DNA of 64,000 nucleotides from Octopus vulgaris (lineage: Eukaryota), in the NCBI GenBank assembly GCA_951406725.2, contig OX597823.1, forward strand, positions 43,214,001 through 43,278,000, in the 5' to 3' direction. The notes under the pieces are model-generated. The model was not told where the DNA came from and ran no database searches. It saw nothing but the letters and a program-made list of their open reading frames with translations. The translations under genes and the position numbers were made by a program. Each line of letters opens with the position of its first letter. Within the stretch, counting starts at the first letter, position 1. Below are positions 13,971 through 27,795 of this stretch, piece by piece.

Positions 13971-14859
13971 TAACAAGTTTATAGCCAATAATTGTACTCA
14001 GATATAACTGGGTTTAAACTGCCGAAAATAGCGAAATTTTCAGCACGAAAGTAGGGCAAAATTGTTTTATTTTCATTAAATGATTTTATTGTTTTCTTTT
14101 CGATTATAATACATCTTGTTAGAATTCTCGCATACATTAGTGCTTACTTTATCATTTACATATAACTTAACCGTCACTCACAAGTTTATATGACATGGTA
14201 AATCATACCACGCATTTGCTATTTGCTGTAGGTGCTTATGTAGCCGCAAGCAGACACAGACACAAAATCATTTACTCCAGCGCTCTACCGAATCTGCCAA
14301 AAATGTCCTTTTATACATAAGGATACTCATCATTTTCTCTTAACTGGTTCAATATTTCGCGAAAGCTTTCCATATAATTTTAAATATTGATTACCTCCTC
14401 TATCCCCACGGTTTCTTTTAATCTATTGAAGTATTATTTCGTAACCCTTAATCCAGTTATGCCAATTGTTTTGTGTAATCACTCGGTAATCGTTAAAATG
14501 CAGCCGTCATATATTGGAAGAGATACAAATAGAATCCCTCTCAGTTACATGATACAACGAAAATGTTATTTCATTTGTATTGTCTTACAAGAGCAGTTTC
14601 AGTTAAGTAGCGTGATAATAGTATACTATTACTTGTAAAACTGAGGTGGATATCTTGCACAAGGAGAAAGAATTATTAAAAGGGGTCGAGCTGGTAGAAT
14701 TATTAGCACGCCGGTTAAAACATTTAGCAGCCTTTCTTCCGGTTCTTTATGTTCTGAGATTACTAATTCCGACGTAATAATTAAGATTAAACGTTTGTAA
14801 AGATCATACGGAGACTTATAGGGAGAGAAAAATATACTCAGATGCATCGAAATTAATAG

Positions 14860-15480
14860 AATTCCGATAAAAATTTTAATGGCACTCAAATGAAAGCAGC
14901 CACACCCAACATTATTCGAATTTAGAATACAAGGGTTTGAAACTAAAGACACCAAGACATTTAGTATCCTTCTCACCAGCTTGCAACCTTAGTTATTCGA
15001 TGATCCTTATCTGATGCTCACTGACATAGAGGCTCAAACAATTTTTTGTCGAACACAGCCAAACCTCATACGGAAGGCAATAAATGTCCGCTGAGTTATT
15101 TACTATTAAGATTTTGTTTTGACTTGAAGATGTTTCCCTTCCTTTGCTCTTTTAATGTAACTGAAAAAATGTATACATATCTTTGCTTCAATCTTTCTTC
15201 GCATACGAATCTATAACGTCAGTACCAACATAATTCTCTTGAACGCAGTACTTGTATTGTTTTTCTCGGTTTCACACGCTTTCCGCCAATACAGCTTTGA
15301 TAACTAAAGGTTTCCTTCGTTTTGTAATACCTAATGAATAAGAGGCTGCGAATATCGTTTGAAAAACCTTCAGCTGTTGCTGCTTCTATAAATATTTCGT
15401 AGCTGGAAACAATACGTTTTGACGTGGTCAAATCTTGATGCTATTAACAATCAAATACTTCTCTTATACTGCATAGGTCT
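14860..15480 (-). mobile_element. Possible decayed CR1/L2-type RT fragment
   Basis: Reverse translation contains EKDTKCLGV (KYLGV-like) and weak upstream RT-like pieces, with many stops. Confidence 0.25.
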
Positions 15481-16066
15481 TCAGTGATTGAAATTGCGAA
15501 ACTGAGTATATAAATAAATAATACGCTTATCCCAATCCATATTAAACAACTTTATTCATTATTTAATATATTTATATTTATATTTTATAACCTACAAACT
15601 AATATCTTTAATTTTTTCCCCTTAGAAACTCTCGTCTCAGATGCTGAGTGCTATGTCCTTTAATCCCAAAACAAAAGCAAATACCTGGGAAAATAATAAT
15701 TGCTTTTTTTTTCTTTTTAAATATTCACATTAAGAAGAAAGAACATTTGGAGGTTTCAGTGATAATGGCATTTAAAAGTGCGTCTAGGATATGAGTAAAC
15801 CAATAAAAGAAATCATTTATTTGGGCAAGAAGCCAAGTCAATTTCATTTTAAAATTGCACAGCCAATCAAATCGACTCAAGTATTTTATCAGACATTAAG
15901 TAATCCTTTACTCCCAGAGGTGTTAAATGTCAAGTTTCAATCTGTAATATTAGAAATTAGAACTAAAAATTATCAGTACCTCCAAAAGGTATAGATGTGC
16001 ATTTGGATTCGTCGAAGTTACTGATATTAAAATCACACTACTACTACTACTACTACTACGACTACG

Positions 16067-16137
<71 letters not shown>

Positions 16138-16199
16138 TAATAATAATAATAATAATAATCATAATCATAATCATAATAAAAATAATAATCATGAAATAC

Positions 16200-16710
16200 A
16201 AAGAGAGAACGTCAGACAGGTCGAAGAGAAACCACTATATGGTCAATTTTGAAGAGCCACTGAAGACGAATGTGGAACAAAATTCTGGGCTTGGTTAAAA
16301 AAGTGGGCAATTAAAAAAAGGAAAAAAGACAGAGAGCCTAATTGTAGCAGCCCAAGATCAAACGATAAGAACAAACAGTTTAAAAATATATATATATGAA
16401 GAGAATGTGTCATAATAATGTAGAGCCTGGAGAACTTGGAACGAGACAGTAGCACACGTTGTTACACAATGCTCCAAGTTGGCACCGAAAGATTATAAAA
16501 AATGGAGGCACGACCAGGTTGTAAATATTTTACATAGGAAACTTTACTAGAAATGGGGATTTGGAGTTGGAAACACATGGTACAATCATCGAGTCGAAAG
16601 AGTATTAGTGTCGGAGAAGTGTAAGATTTTGTGGGCCTTTTCAAATGGACAAGAAGTTAGAAAATAATAAATCAGATATTACAATTATAGATTAGGAAAA
16701 TGAATGAATG
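16200..16710 (+). mobile_element. R4/Dong-clade non-LTR retrotransposon, decayed C-terminal fragment after an (AAT)n tract
   Basis: EKPLYGQF, ESLIVAAQDQTIRTN, ETVAHVVTQCSKLAPKDYKKWRHDQV, WYNH, KILW, NKSDI. Confidence 0.88.
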
Positions 16711-16979
16711 TTCCGAACACAAAACGGCAGAGAATATTTTCATAAGGTTAAAATCTACCACAGGGGCAATCGGGTATAGTTTACCTTGACTGGCAGCCCC
16801 TTAGAAATGGTGTCTCAATAAAAACACCTCTGGTTATGACAACTCACCATCACAGTCCTCTTTATGAGTGTAATGACAAATAAAAATCATCACAACTGCG
16901 TTTATGAGACATGAATCCCTAGTGAAGGTCTCTCAGACGGTGAGTTTTCTACTGCGCAGCAGGGAAGATATAGTTATTC

Positions 16980-17520
16980 AAATACTGCTATAGAGATTAG
17001 GAGAAACTGGACTCAAAACGACAATAGAACTTAAAAAGAAGAAAAATACATGGTCCCTATCATTGGGAAAAGACATTTAGACCAAAATGATTTAAACGTG
17101 AAAAAGCAGTGACTATCCATTCTGGAACTAGAGGTGATCTCCATATTAAAGTAAAAGTTTGAATGTGACTATGCTGAGTACGAAGAACAAAAAACAGAAA
17201 AAAAGACGTGGATTAACAGAGGAACCGATAAATACCCACAAAAGAAACATATATCCAAATAAATGCAAATTTTACTTTGAGGAGGGGAAGACCATTACGA
17301 CAGAAGAAATAACTACAAACAACTACACCTGAATGAGGCATGAAATAGGGAAAGAAAGGCTACCGGGAATCGAAAGAGGAAAACTGTATAAAGTAGTGAA
17401 CAAGATGTACGAACTTTTAACGAAAACGTACAAGGAAAACATATCGAATCTAAATGACCCTATCTATTGCACAGCCTCTGTCGCTGTGCAAGCTCTTGGG
17501 AGTGAAAGTTAAAGGAGATC
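16980..17520 (+). mobile_element. R4/Dong-clade N-terminal fragment, decayed
   Basis: RRNWTQNDNR, LSILELEVI and KLYKVVNKMYELL..ENISNLNDPIYCTASV..LG resemble the R4 N-terminal region. Confidence 0.55.
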
Positions 17521-17949
17521 ATAGGACAAAACCCCATGTTGGCTTCTTTATTGTCAGTCTACTCATTAACTCAACAAGCCATGATATATAGCTTTGAGAT
17601 ATTGGACTAAAGCTTGGCAGACAGGATTCCGTACCTGTCATTCAAAAGTTCTAATAAAGATACCGTGTGCTATTGATTATTTACGGTAACAAAAAGAAAA
17701 ACAAATGCATGCAGGAAATCAGGTCAGAATCCGTACAGGTAGGGTAAGAGAAAAGTGACAGCAAAAACATCCCTGCTGATAGAATATATGCCGGCCATGT
17801 TGGACAGATATGCATTTACATGGCCAATGTTCCATTAAGTGGCTACCTAACAAATACAGGCTGGCTAAACAAATCCGGTTTTGATGAAACAACACAAGCA
17901 ACAACATTTACTTTTATAACATAGATGACATATGTCACCTGTATGTTTT

Positions 17950-18165
17950 ATCTTTTATTTGTTTCAGTGGGGCCATGCTTGGGCAATATCTTGTAATGTT
18001 AACTATAACTATTTGCCACTAGTAATTATTTTGTAAGTTTGGTAAACTTACCGAACTACTTTATTTACGGGGACGTAAAAAAAGCAACGCGACCGGCTGT
18101 AACTTAGTGGTGAGGCTAAACACAAGGACACGCATACACAAACTCACATACACACACACACGCAT

Positions 18166-18196
<31 letters not shown>

Positions 18197-18368
18197 TACA
18201 TGACATGCTTCCACATAGATTTCTCCCTACGAAATTCAATCATAAGTCTTCGGTCGGTCCGAAACCTTAGTAGAAGGCACTTGTTTAAAGTGCGTGTCGT
18301 GTGATTTAACCCAGAATAATGTGGTCGCAAAGATGGCTTTCCAACCACACAGCCATGCCCGCACCTGC
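17950..18368 (-). mobile_element. CORE-like tRNA-derived SINE (gcaggcgtggctgtgtggt family)
   Basis: Ends aaccacacagccatgcccgcacctgc; internal (CA)n; tail ttttattgtttcagt; homologous to 27411-27795. Confidence 0.8.
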
Positions 18369-19618
18369 ATAAACTTAGATAAATTTGCATGAGATTCGGT
18401 CGAAGATTGATCCAGGCCATGTCTAAATTAGTAGTATCACCTGACAGAATCTGCTAAATCCTTTTTAAGTCATGTTCTCTGGTATCACGACCCATGCAAA
18501 TAGGGAACAAACAGTCAATAGAGATGTATCTAGGTGTAGGTGCTTGTCTGTTGTTCTTTGAAGACATTTGTCGAGATATCGTTGTGTAGCGTTTAACAGA
18601 ACAGAGTCTGTGGAGGAAAAATAATTGTGCTGCAGGATACAGGGAATTTTCTGAGATAATTTATCACATTTTATCATGAGGTGTTACACTAACTGCGATA
18701 GGATACTCTCGGACGCTCCATGACGTAGGAAAGCTCCTCTATACACACCTAGCATCCTCACCCTCAATTCTAAGAATTTTTTTCTGGCACTCCTACGAAC
18801 TTTTCTAAGAACATATTATTATAAAAATACTATGGAAAATTAACAAGCAGTTAGTTTATCAAATAGTTATAATTACCCTGATAGTATTTGCATGACAAAA
18901 CTAACAATAGAGTATTGATTATGGATGTTGCAATAGCAAGTAACTTTAATCTTGTGCAGAAACGTGTTGAAATGCTCGGTAAAAAAAAAAAAATCAAAAA
19001 CATCTTTTAAATTTCGCATGTAATGGCGTACAAGGAATGCGAGTGTGATTCTATTACCATATTTGTTACTGGAATGATACATAGACATTTTTATAATGAC
19101 AGTGACATATTATGACAGAAAACCTTTAACGAAAGCTATAATGATTTAAAAGTTTTGGTAGAAGGCCACAACTTTTATGGCAGGAGTTAAGTTGATTACA
19201 TCAACCCCAATACTGAACAAGTACTCCTGTTATGGACTCCGAAAGAATGAAAAGCAAAGTCGAACGCAGAGGTATCTGAACTCAGAACGTAAAGAGCCGG
19301 AAGAAATGCCACAGACAAAGTCGGAAGAAATGCCACAGAAACAATCCTGCTAACTCACAGGTTAATCGAAAGCAATAATAATCCATTCCACTATGGGGGC
19401 AAGGCTTGGAATTTGGGAGTAAGAGGCTAGTCGATTACATCAATCCCAGTATTCAACTGGTATTTATTTTATCGTCCTTGAAAGGATGAAAAGACAGAAA
19501 AAGTCAGTCTCGTTCGAACTATTCAGCGACTATGCCAGATGACCGCCTCAAACGAAAGCAATAATAACAAGACCGATAACTATTTGGGGAATTTCTAACT
19601 TACTATATATCAGTATTA

Positions 19619-19815
19619 AGGCGACGACCTGGCAGAAACGTTAGCACGCTGGGCGAAATGCTTAATAGTATTTCGTCTGTCTTTACGTTCTGAGTTCAAA
19701 TTCCGCCGATGTTGACTTTGTCTTTCGTCCTTTCACTAGTGGTGTACTGGATTCGATCTAATTGACTGGCCCCCTCCCTCAAAAATGTCGGGCCTTGTCC
19801 CTAGAGTAGAGAATA
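19619..19815 (+). mobile_element. tRNA-derived SINE, well preserved
   Basis: ggcgacgacctggcagaaacgttagcacg (A box) ... tctgagttcaaattccgcc (B box). More than ten decayed copies in the window, e.g. 19160-19550, 37250-37410, 60520-60710, 61700-61900. Confidence 0.88.
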
Positions 19816-19954
19816 ATATATATCAGCATTAAGCTCTTTTTAAACCTCCTGCTTATTCGTTTACCTGTAACACCTTTGGTAAAATTCCACAATTTCATGC
19901 TTTTGTTTTCTATTTTTCTTTCGTTTTAATTTCTTTTATCATTTTAACATTTTG

Positions 19955-20511
19955 CTTTTAACTTGTTTGAATCATTGGCCTGCGGTTATGATAGGACACC
20001 ACCTTAAAGAGCAATAGACGAATAAATCGACAGAGGTACTTGTGTTTTTTTTTTTAAATATGGGACTTATTCTGCCTGTCAGTTTTGCAGAACTCCAAAG
20101 CTACAGAGACGCAAATAAATCAATACAGGTTGCCAGTTGCCAGGCAGTGGGCTGACAAATACAGACACAAAGGTATACGCACATGTGTGTATGTGTGTGT
20201 GGCTGTCGGTCTGTGTGTATGTATGTATGTATGTATGTATTCGACAGACTTCCATAAACGTACCATAAATCAAATTCACTCACAAGGTATTGGCCGGTCC
20301 GGGGCTATAGCAGACGACACTTGCCCAAGGTTCAGCGAATTTGGACTGAAACCGAAACAAACGTGTCTACAAGCAAATTCAAACATAGGTCTTCGGTCGG
20401 TCCGAAACCTTAGTAGAATACACTTGCTTAAAGTGCCTGTCGTGTGATTTAACCCATAATAATGTGGTTGCAAAGCTGGTTTTCTAACCACACAGCCATG
20501 CCCGCACCTGC
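19955..20511 (-). mobile_element. CORE-like SINE plus a second SINE 5' portion
   Basis: caaattcactcacaaggtattggccggtccggggctatagcagacgacacttgcccaagg; a second head ends aaccacacagccatgcccgcacctgc. Confidence 0.8.
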
Positions 20512-21779
20512 ATAAACTTATATAAACTTGCATGAGATTCGGTCAAAGATTGATCTAGGCCTTGTCTAACTTACTAGTACTACCTGATAGTATCTGCTAA
20601 ATAATGTTCTGTGGTATCATGACCCATGCAAATAGGGAACAGTTGATAGAAATGTATCGAGGTATAGGTGTTTGTCCTTGTTCTTTGAAGATATTTGTCG
20701 AGATATCGTTGTGTAATGTTTCTATAAAGCAACCTTCTTCATTACACAGTCATGCCTTCTAGTGACTCTTATATGTAGATTCAGGGGCCTGGGAAACCAG
20801 CCTGTGGTCTTTGCAAGACACTGGAACCGGTAAGATTGACGCCATTAACATTCTGTTACAACTATTAAAAGCCAACGATTGTAGGGAAAATGTCCGGAGA
20901 AGGAACTCCTGGGATGCCATGTTCTCAGAAGACAGAACAAGACACAATGTTCAATACTTAACTTGGTTTGAGTATAGTATTGGTAATGTGAAAAGAAAGG
21001 AATGTGAATATCCGAAAGTTACACGAGACTTGCGATAGACAAAACAGAGAGAATAGAGAGTACGACTGGGATTTAGACAATTGAATGTTTCTCTGTGACT
21101 TCAGTCAAGTGGTCTTTCTTCTATACTCTAGGCTTTCTGTGTGTTTTATAATGGCACCATTAGAAATGTTGGTGTAGTATGTTATTATGACTTTCATCTG
21201 GGATTTGGAAAGAGATAGTTGTTAGAATTATTTTCAGGCTCGTAAGAGGAGGACCAGTCTTTCGGATACAATCTTTTCAGATATGCCTGGAGATGAAAAG
21301 TAATAACTCACGGTCAAATGAAAAACATGATGTTAAAAAAATATATTGCCTAAAAATAAAACAACATTTAGAAATACCTTGTGTTTATTTTACAATTTAA
21401 CTATTACAAACTAACCATAGCATAATAAATTATATATATATATATAAAAACTGATCACCTTAACACTACCTCGACAATGATTTCAATCTAGTCTAATAAA
21501 TATACGAAGATATATTTTGTAGTTAAGTAAAACAATCGGAATACGCAAATATATTCTGACACTAAGATAATCGATACATACACTTCAATGAAAGAAATCC
21601 AGTTTTTTCAGTCCATGCAATTTGATCGTAGCCCCACTCAACAACAGTTTTTAAAATAACAGCAAAATGAAGCAATGTGATGAACATAAATATCGCAACG
21701 ATTCGCTGTGCAACAACATTCGAGAAAACACAATACGGTTATATAAACCTAAATATATTACTGGTAATGCTTTATGATG

Positions 21780-22440
21780 AAAAAATATTGACAAGCTAGA
21801 TTATGGACTATTTCTAAGAACCTAGGGAAATGTTTAGACAAAAAATAGCTTTGCAAAATTAACTTGCGCGGAAAGCTGTCTAGAAACTTTTGCCAATTAC
21901 AAATTACATAATAGATCTTTTAAAATATTAAACAAGTTCGTGTACGTAGTTGATATCTCGAAACCGCATCATAAATAAAGAACGACCCAAGTCAATACAG
22001 ATATCTCAGAGAAAGATATAATGAAAAATAATTCAAAACTTGGTGATGCAAAAACCCGAATAATGAATAAGGAAACAAATATAAAAGTGGTGTTTAGGAA
22101 AAATAACATCAAGGGAATGATAAAGTTACACAAATAAAAGAGATTTTAAAATCTAGAAAATCTCAACAAGGAAATAAAAACAGAAACTGATACCAAAAAA
22201 AATCGCAGCGACGACAAGATGTAAGGCGATTTGAATAGCGTAAATAATTATCCAAATACAATTACCTATCTGAAAGAAACAGCAAATCTGTCTATAATAG
22301 ATTAAACAAGCCAAATACAGAGATAATAGTATTATCAGAAAATTAGATATAGAGAAATGTAGAGAATCATATAATGAAAAAAATCCATCTCTGAAACACA
22401 CAAAAAGGCAACTGGGATGAAAAAGGACTGTCAACAAGGT
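21780..22440 (+). mobile_element. Possible decayed LINE ORF1 (gag-like) remnant
   Basis: A-rich coding-like stretch, TDISEKDIMK...TRIMNKET.IKVVF. Zinc knuckle not intact. Confidence 0.25.
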
Positions 22441-22932
22441 CAGAATATGAAAGACCAGGAATTGCGAATCATATCTCCAGCATGAAAAAAAGAAAACCAG
22501 ATTCCCCCTCTCTTCTTTTCTTAATACACTGTCCAGAAAGAATTTATATCAGAGATAATTTTGGTGGGTGACCGGAAATCATTCTGTATATTGAACTCAG
22601 AATTTTGGGGGGTCTTTTGAATATCAGGTGTACATGAGACCTATTACATGTTTATAACTACACTAGGAAAACATTCTTATAAGAAATAAAATAATTTTCG
22701 AAAATAAGTTGGAAGAAGTATCTAATAAATGCATCGCCATAACATATATTCAATACATTTTATATAGAATTGAAAAAATGTGATTATTTAAATTTTATTG
22801 AAATACTTTGAAGGACTGGATTCATATGGTTAGAAAAATTCCGTCCGTGAACATTTTCGCTTGTTCTACTACGGATGTACGTGATAAATCATTATATAAA
22901 TAATAAATATAGATGAAAAACGTGAGAGGACC

Positions 22933-22989
<57 letters not shown>

Positions 22990-23667
22990 TATATATATAT
23001 ACATACAGACATATATATGTATACACACACACATTAAAAGTCAGCTTGAATCTTGCTTGCTTGCTTGCAATGTTATCCAGCCAAACTGGAGCATAATGGG
23101 AAAGTACTATGAAATAAGTTCCCTTTCAAAATGTAAATACGAACGGAATAATACAAACTTGGCGTAAATCGGATAAGTAAATTGGATATTACAGGTTTTC
23201 GGGGTATAAATACACGAAACGGTATATAATGGGAAAATTCACCGAAATTATCAAAATCCTGGAAGGGAAGTAACTCTTACCTTTCGATTAGACAGTGAGT
23301 TGACAACGGAAAAATACGAATTGTTTTTTTTTACAATAAATTCTACTTTCGCTGTTGTTAAACAACATTTTAACCATTTAAAAATATTCTTAAGTGAATG
23401 TGATTCGAAAAATGTAAGTTGCTTGTACAATAAGTATATATACTTTAGCTTTTTTAAATAGATAATATTCTATCGTTTTTTATTTAATTATTTCCAAATG
23501 AATACCATTACATAAATTTTCTTATGTTTACTTATCTAAAAAATATTTCAAAGTGAAAATGACTTTAAAAATATTGTAAATATTTCGTAAAAGACACCCA
23601 TTCGTATCCTCGGTGTGAAATAAGTTTTCCATGGGTTTTTGGAGTGCATTCAACGTATCTCACCTCC

Positions 23668-23786
23668 AAAGATTTGACTGCTATTTCTAGCTTTCCCTCC
23701 TACCACGTAACAGCTATTTGTGATAAAGGACCTGAAATACCTGTTACATGGTAGCAGGGCGTGTAGGAAATAACAGCCAAATCTTT
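23668..23786. mobile_element. Palindromic MITE-like element, ~52-bp arms
   Basis: aaagatttgactgctatttc..ctaccacgtaacagctattt versus aaatacctgttacatggtag..gaaataacagccaaatcttt; related single arm near 41180-41220. Confidence 0.7.
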
Positions 23787-24133
23787 CCTTTTCTGGGGAA
23801 AGGAGCCGTTTAATCGTGATTTCGATGTCACATTCGTAGAAAGCATGTGAAATAACTTGGAAAAGAAAACAAAAACCCACCAAATAAAACTCAGTTACTG
23901 GGAAACTCAGACTTTCCTGGTGACTCAACGGGTCACGGAAACTCTAGCATATATGTATATTTATTAGTAAATATGAGAGCGATAGTATTAACAAAATACC
24001 ATCACTAGTGGCTAGTGAATGACATCCATACAGGCAAATTAATAAAATATACATAAGACATGTATTATACATATACACACACACACACACATACATACAT
24101 ACATACATACATACATACATACACACACACACA

Positions 24134-24189
<56 letters not shown>

Positions 24190-25454
24190 TGAGTACTTGC
24201 ATCGCTAAAAAATAAAAGTCAAAAGTACTTCTGTGCCACGAAGTAGTCACAAAATTCATACATGTATGTATTAATTTTGTGAATATTCCGTGTCACACAA
24301 GTATTTTTATTTTTAAATATGCAAATGAAACTCCTATTGCACTATGCCGGTTACAATCTAATGATGCTGACTGGTGAAGCAGTTTTGTGGGTTTGCATCT
24401 AGCTGTACGAATATAATGTAGGATAAATATAGTTATAATAACAATAATCTTTGGATGGAATATATGCTGTAATATAGTGACAAAAAAAGGTTGTGTTGTG
24501 ATACATTACATAAGTTAAAAAATTTAAACAGAAGTACGACACAAGAAAGAACAGAAAGTACTAATAAGATAAGGACGTCCTCATTTATTATGAATTGTCC
24601 AAAAATCCATACAATTTCATGCCTTTAACTATTGTCGTTAAAATCGTGAAATTCTAAGTTTTAAACACACACTCTCTCCCTCTCTCTCTCTCTCTTTCGT
24701 ATACATACGCACACACACACACACACAAAAAAAGGCAAAAAATATTAAGCGATTATCTCCCTTACACCGGAAGAAATCACTTATTACCTCCCCTTATCTG
24801 GAACTCTTTCTTCACACTTCTCAACGAAAACATAACGATGTAAGAAATTTGAAAAGCTGAACACGAAACCGGTCATTTCTTCAAAAACTATGTCATTGTA
24901 TGAAAAAAATTTATAACATTCTTCAGACATGATGACTCAAATATATATTTTTTAACCTTTTAAAACAAGCCTTTTGTAGTTTTTTCACTTTTTACTATTT
25001 TCTATATATTCAACCACGTGCTTTCACACACCAACTTTCTCACCTATATATATATATATATATACACGTCATAATCAATTAAAACGCCATTTGTCTATCT
25101 TTCTTCTGTTTCCCCATTTCTTCCAATTACACATGATCGGACCATAAAAAGAATTTTAAATAGTTAGTTATAGATAGACAATCGAGGTTATTATAGTAGA
25201 TATAAAATATTTTGCAATTTTCAAATATTTCTTTATTTCATTGTCCTTGAATCGGTGTGCCTTGTGAATCGAAAATTATTCTTAGTCATTTGGTAGGTTT
25301 GTGGTACCTTTTACAGTTAATGCACAACTACAAATCGTTTGCAATGGTTTTATGACCCACAATGAGTTTTACAAAAGCATACTGGTTATAGTTTTCTAGT
25401 CATGCTTTATGCTACAGCCATAAGGGGAAAAAAGGAACTATTATAATACACGCC

Positions 25455-25640
25455 TTTTTGTGTTAACGTAACTTGTGTCTCAACCAATGAATACATAATT
25501 GTCTAGTGCCAGCGTAACTGATAAATTTTACAAAAAACACAATTGTCTACTGTCAACATAATTCGTTTCTTCACCATGAACACAAAATTGCCTAGTGTTA
25601 CCATATCCGGTGTCTCCACAAGCAAAACAAAATTGTCAAT
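25455..25640 (+). repeat. Degenerate ~45-bp tandem repeat, about 4 units
   Basis: aattg(t/c)c anchors at 25497, 25541, 25586 and 25631 (spacing 44, 45, 45). Confidence 0.7.
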
Positions 25641-26070
25641 TGAGATATGTGCTCAGCACATAAGCCTGCCAAACAGGATGAAACAGTTACCATTCATATA
25701 GCTGTAAATAAGGTGAAAAAATTTAGTGGAATGACTGGACGTTCTACAGACCCTGAAAATATAACTATGTACAATTTGGAACCTTGGTTAAATACTCAAG
25801 AGTGTTTGAGAAATTTATCATTGTATAAAGAGAAGGCAAATCTTCCCATTTCAAAACTGATGTGAAAGTAATTTACTTGACTAAAATGTGTAAATGATTC
25901 GCTATCTAAAGCGAAAATTGAATTTAGCAACATGTTTTACAGTAATTGGTCGCCTCTACTATTGCAGTGACACCAATTAACTCTGCAGAAACTTATTTCA
26001 AACTTTCATCATATCTGAATATCGCACATAGAAACTTGAAGTTCTACTGCATAAATATTATCGTCCTTTA

Positions 26071-26117
<47 letters not shown>

Positions 26118-26280
26118 ACAACATTTAATGCATGTTTTCTATGCTGGTGTGGGTTGGATGGTTCAATAGGAGCTGGTTTCTACGGCTGGGTAGCCTTCAT
26201 AAGACTAAACACTTTATAGTGTTTTCTGAATGATATTTTATGTGACAACGGAACGAATGAGATCTCCAAGAAACTTGCAT
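26071..26280 (-). mobile_element. Short retroposon tail ending in (ATG)n, probably RTE-related
   Basis: (cat)n followed by tttaatgcatgttttctatgctggtgtgggttggatggtt..gtttctacggctgg; family assignment from recall. Confidence 0.5.
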
Positions 26281-26509
26281 GAAAAAGACCACCCTCCTCA
26301 ACTAATGTGTAAATTTATGCGCCAAAATTGTTCAGTATCCACCTGAACGGAACATATAGAAATATGGAGACATTGTTAGAAGTAATTTATTACCATGTTT
26401 ACTAACAGTATAACAGCGTAGATTTCGGATACATTAGCATGTTAAGAATAGAAACAGGAATTAAAAAATAATGGAGTTTTGTTAAACCTATAGTACTTTA
26501 CTGTGAAAG

Positions 26510-26745
26510 TGTGTATCCTAGTTGTTAGACGATCGCCAAATTGCGGATCCGATTATCCGCTGGCAGTATACTGTGTTCTTGAGCTAAATTCTCCATTTCA
26601 CGATGACCAGTCCACTCAGCTGCAAATGAATAACCCTGCGACGGACTAACGCCACACTCAGAGGGAACATATTGCGATATCAGTTACTTACAAGGCATGG
26701 AAACGGGATAAACGACTCTTTTCGCCCTAGGAGTCGAGACATACT
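26510..26745 (+). mobile_element. Decayed tRNA-derived SINE followed by (GAT/GAC)n at 26755-26868
   Basis: ctgtgttcttgagc core and ccagtccactcagctgcaaatgaataaccctgcgacggact. Confidence 0.6.
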
Positions 26746-26758
26746 GTTCAGTGGATGT

Positions 26759-26818
<60 letters not shown>

Positions 26819-27410
26819 CGACGACGACGACGACGATGATGATGATGATGACGATGATGATGATGATTACGATACTACGGATCACCTTATTATACTGACT
26901 TGCGACTATGTTCAGTATATGCCCGAAGAATAAGAGATGATATATTTATCTCAATATATGTAGTAATACGATTTTTTTTTTACCTTATTATCATTGTTTC
27001 AAAAACTTTCTCCATTTCACTCTTCCTATACATTTCCGACGTTTGGTGGAATATCGAAAAGCCCGACGCATACTTCCGTTTCCTCACTTGTGTATGAATT
27101 TGGCAGACGGAAACTGCATGGAAGACCGTCGTACATGTGTGTGTAAAGGGGATTGTATGTGTATCTTCCTATCTTTGTTTGACACCAGCGCAGTTTGACA
27201 ACAGGTATTCCTTTGTCTTAATTCCCCGTAGCTTAATGATTCAACGTAAGACACATCAGAATAAGGCTTATTGTGATGTGTAAGTCCTAGACTTAAAAAA
27301 GAAAAAGATGAGTACTTGGGGTGGAGTTTTAAACAAAAAACTCTCAAATCGGTGCCCCAACATACTTTTGTTCAATGACTGAAAAAGATTTATATTTTAA
27401 CTCTGCTATA

Positions 27411-27795
27411 GGCGCAGGCGTGGCTGTGTGGTAACAAACTTGCTTCCCAACCAGTGTGTGACACTTTGAGCAAGTGTCTTCTACTATAGCCTCGGGCCGA
27501 CTAAAGCTTTGAGAGCGGATTTGATAGATGGAAACTTAAAGAAGCCCGTTGTATATTTACATATATGAATATATCTATGTGTGTTTGTTTTTGTGTCTGT
27601 GTGTGTCCCCGCATTACCGCTTCACAACCGATGTGGGTGTCTTTACGTTCCCGTAACTTAAGGTTTCGACAAAAGAGACAGATAGAATAAGTACTAGGCT
27701 TAAGAAATTAGTCCTAGGTCAATTTGTTCGATTAAATACCTTCAAGGTAGTGCTCCAGCTTGGCCGCAGTCAAATTACTGAAACAAGTAAAAAGA
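27411..27795 (+). mobile_element. CORE-like tRNA-derived SINE, near full length (B-box region deleted)
   Basis: ggcgcaggcgtggctgtgtggtaac..actttgagcaagtgtcttctactatagcctcgggccgac..tail actgaaacaagtaaaaga. Confidence 0.9.

Noticed and set aside
20770-21040. 75-aa ORF as an exon or RTE fragment
   Set aside because: Only vague similarity to an RTE C-terminus; no diagnostic motif.
25455-25640. Regularly spaced repeats as a CRISPR-like array
   Set aside because: Eukaryotic context, whole units are degenerate copies rather than repeat plus unique spacer, and there are no cas genes.
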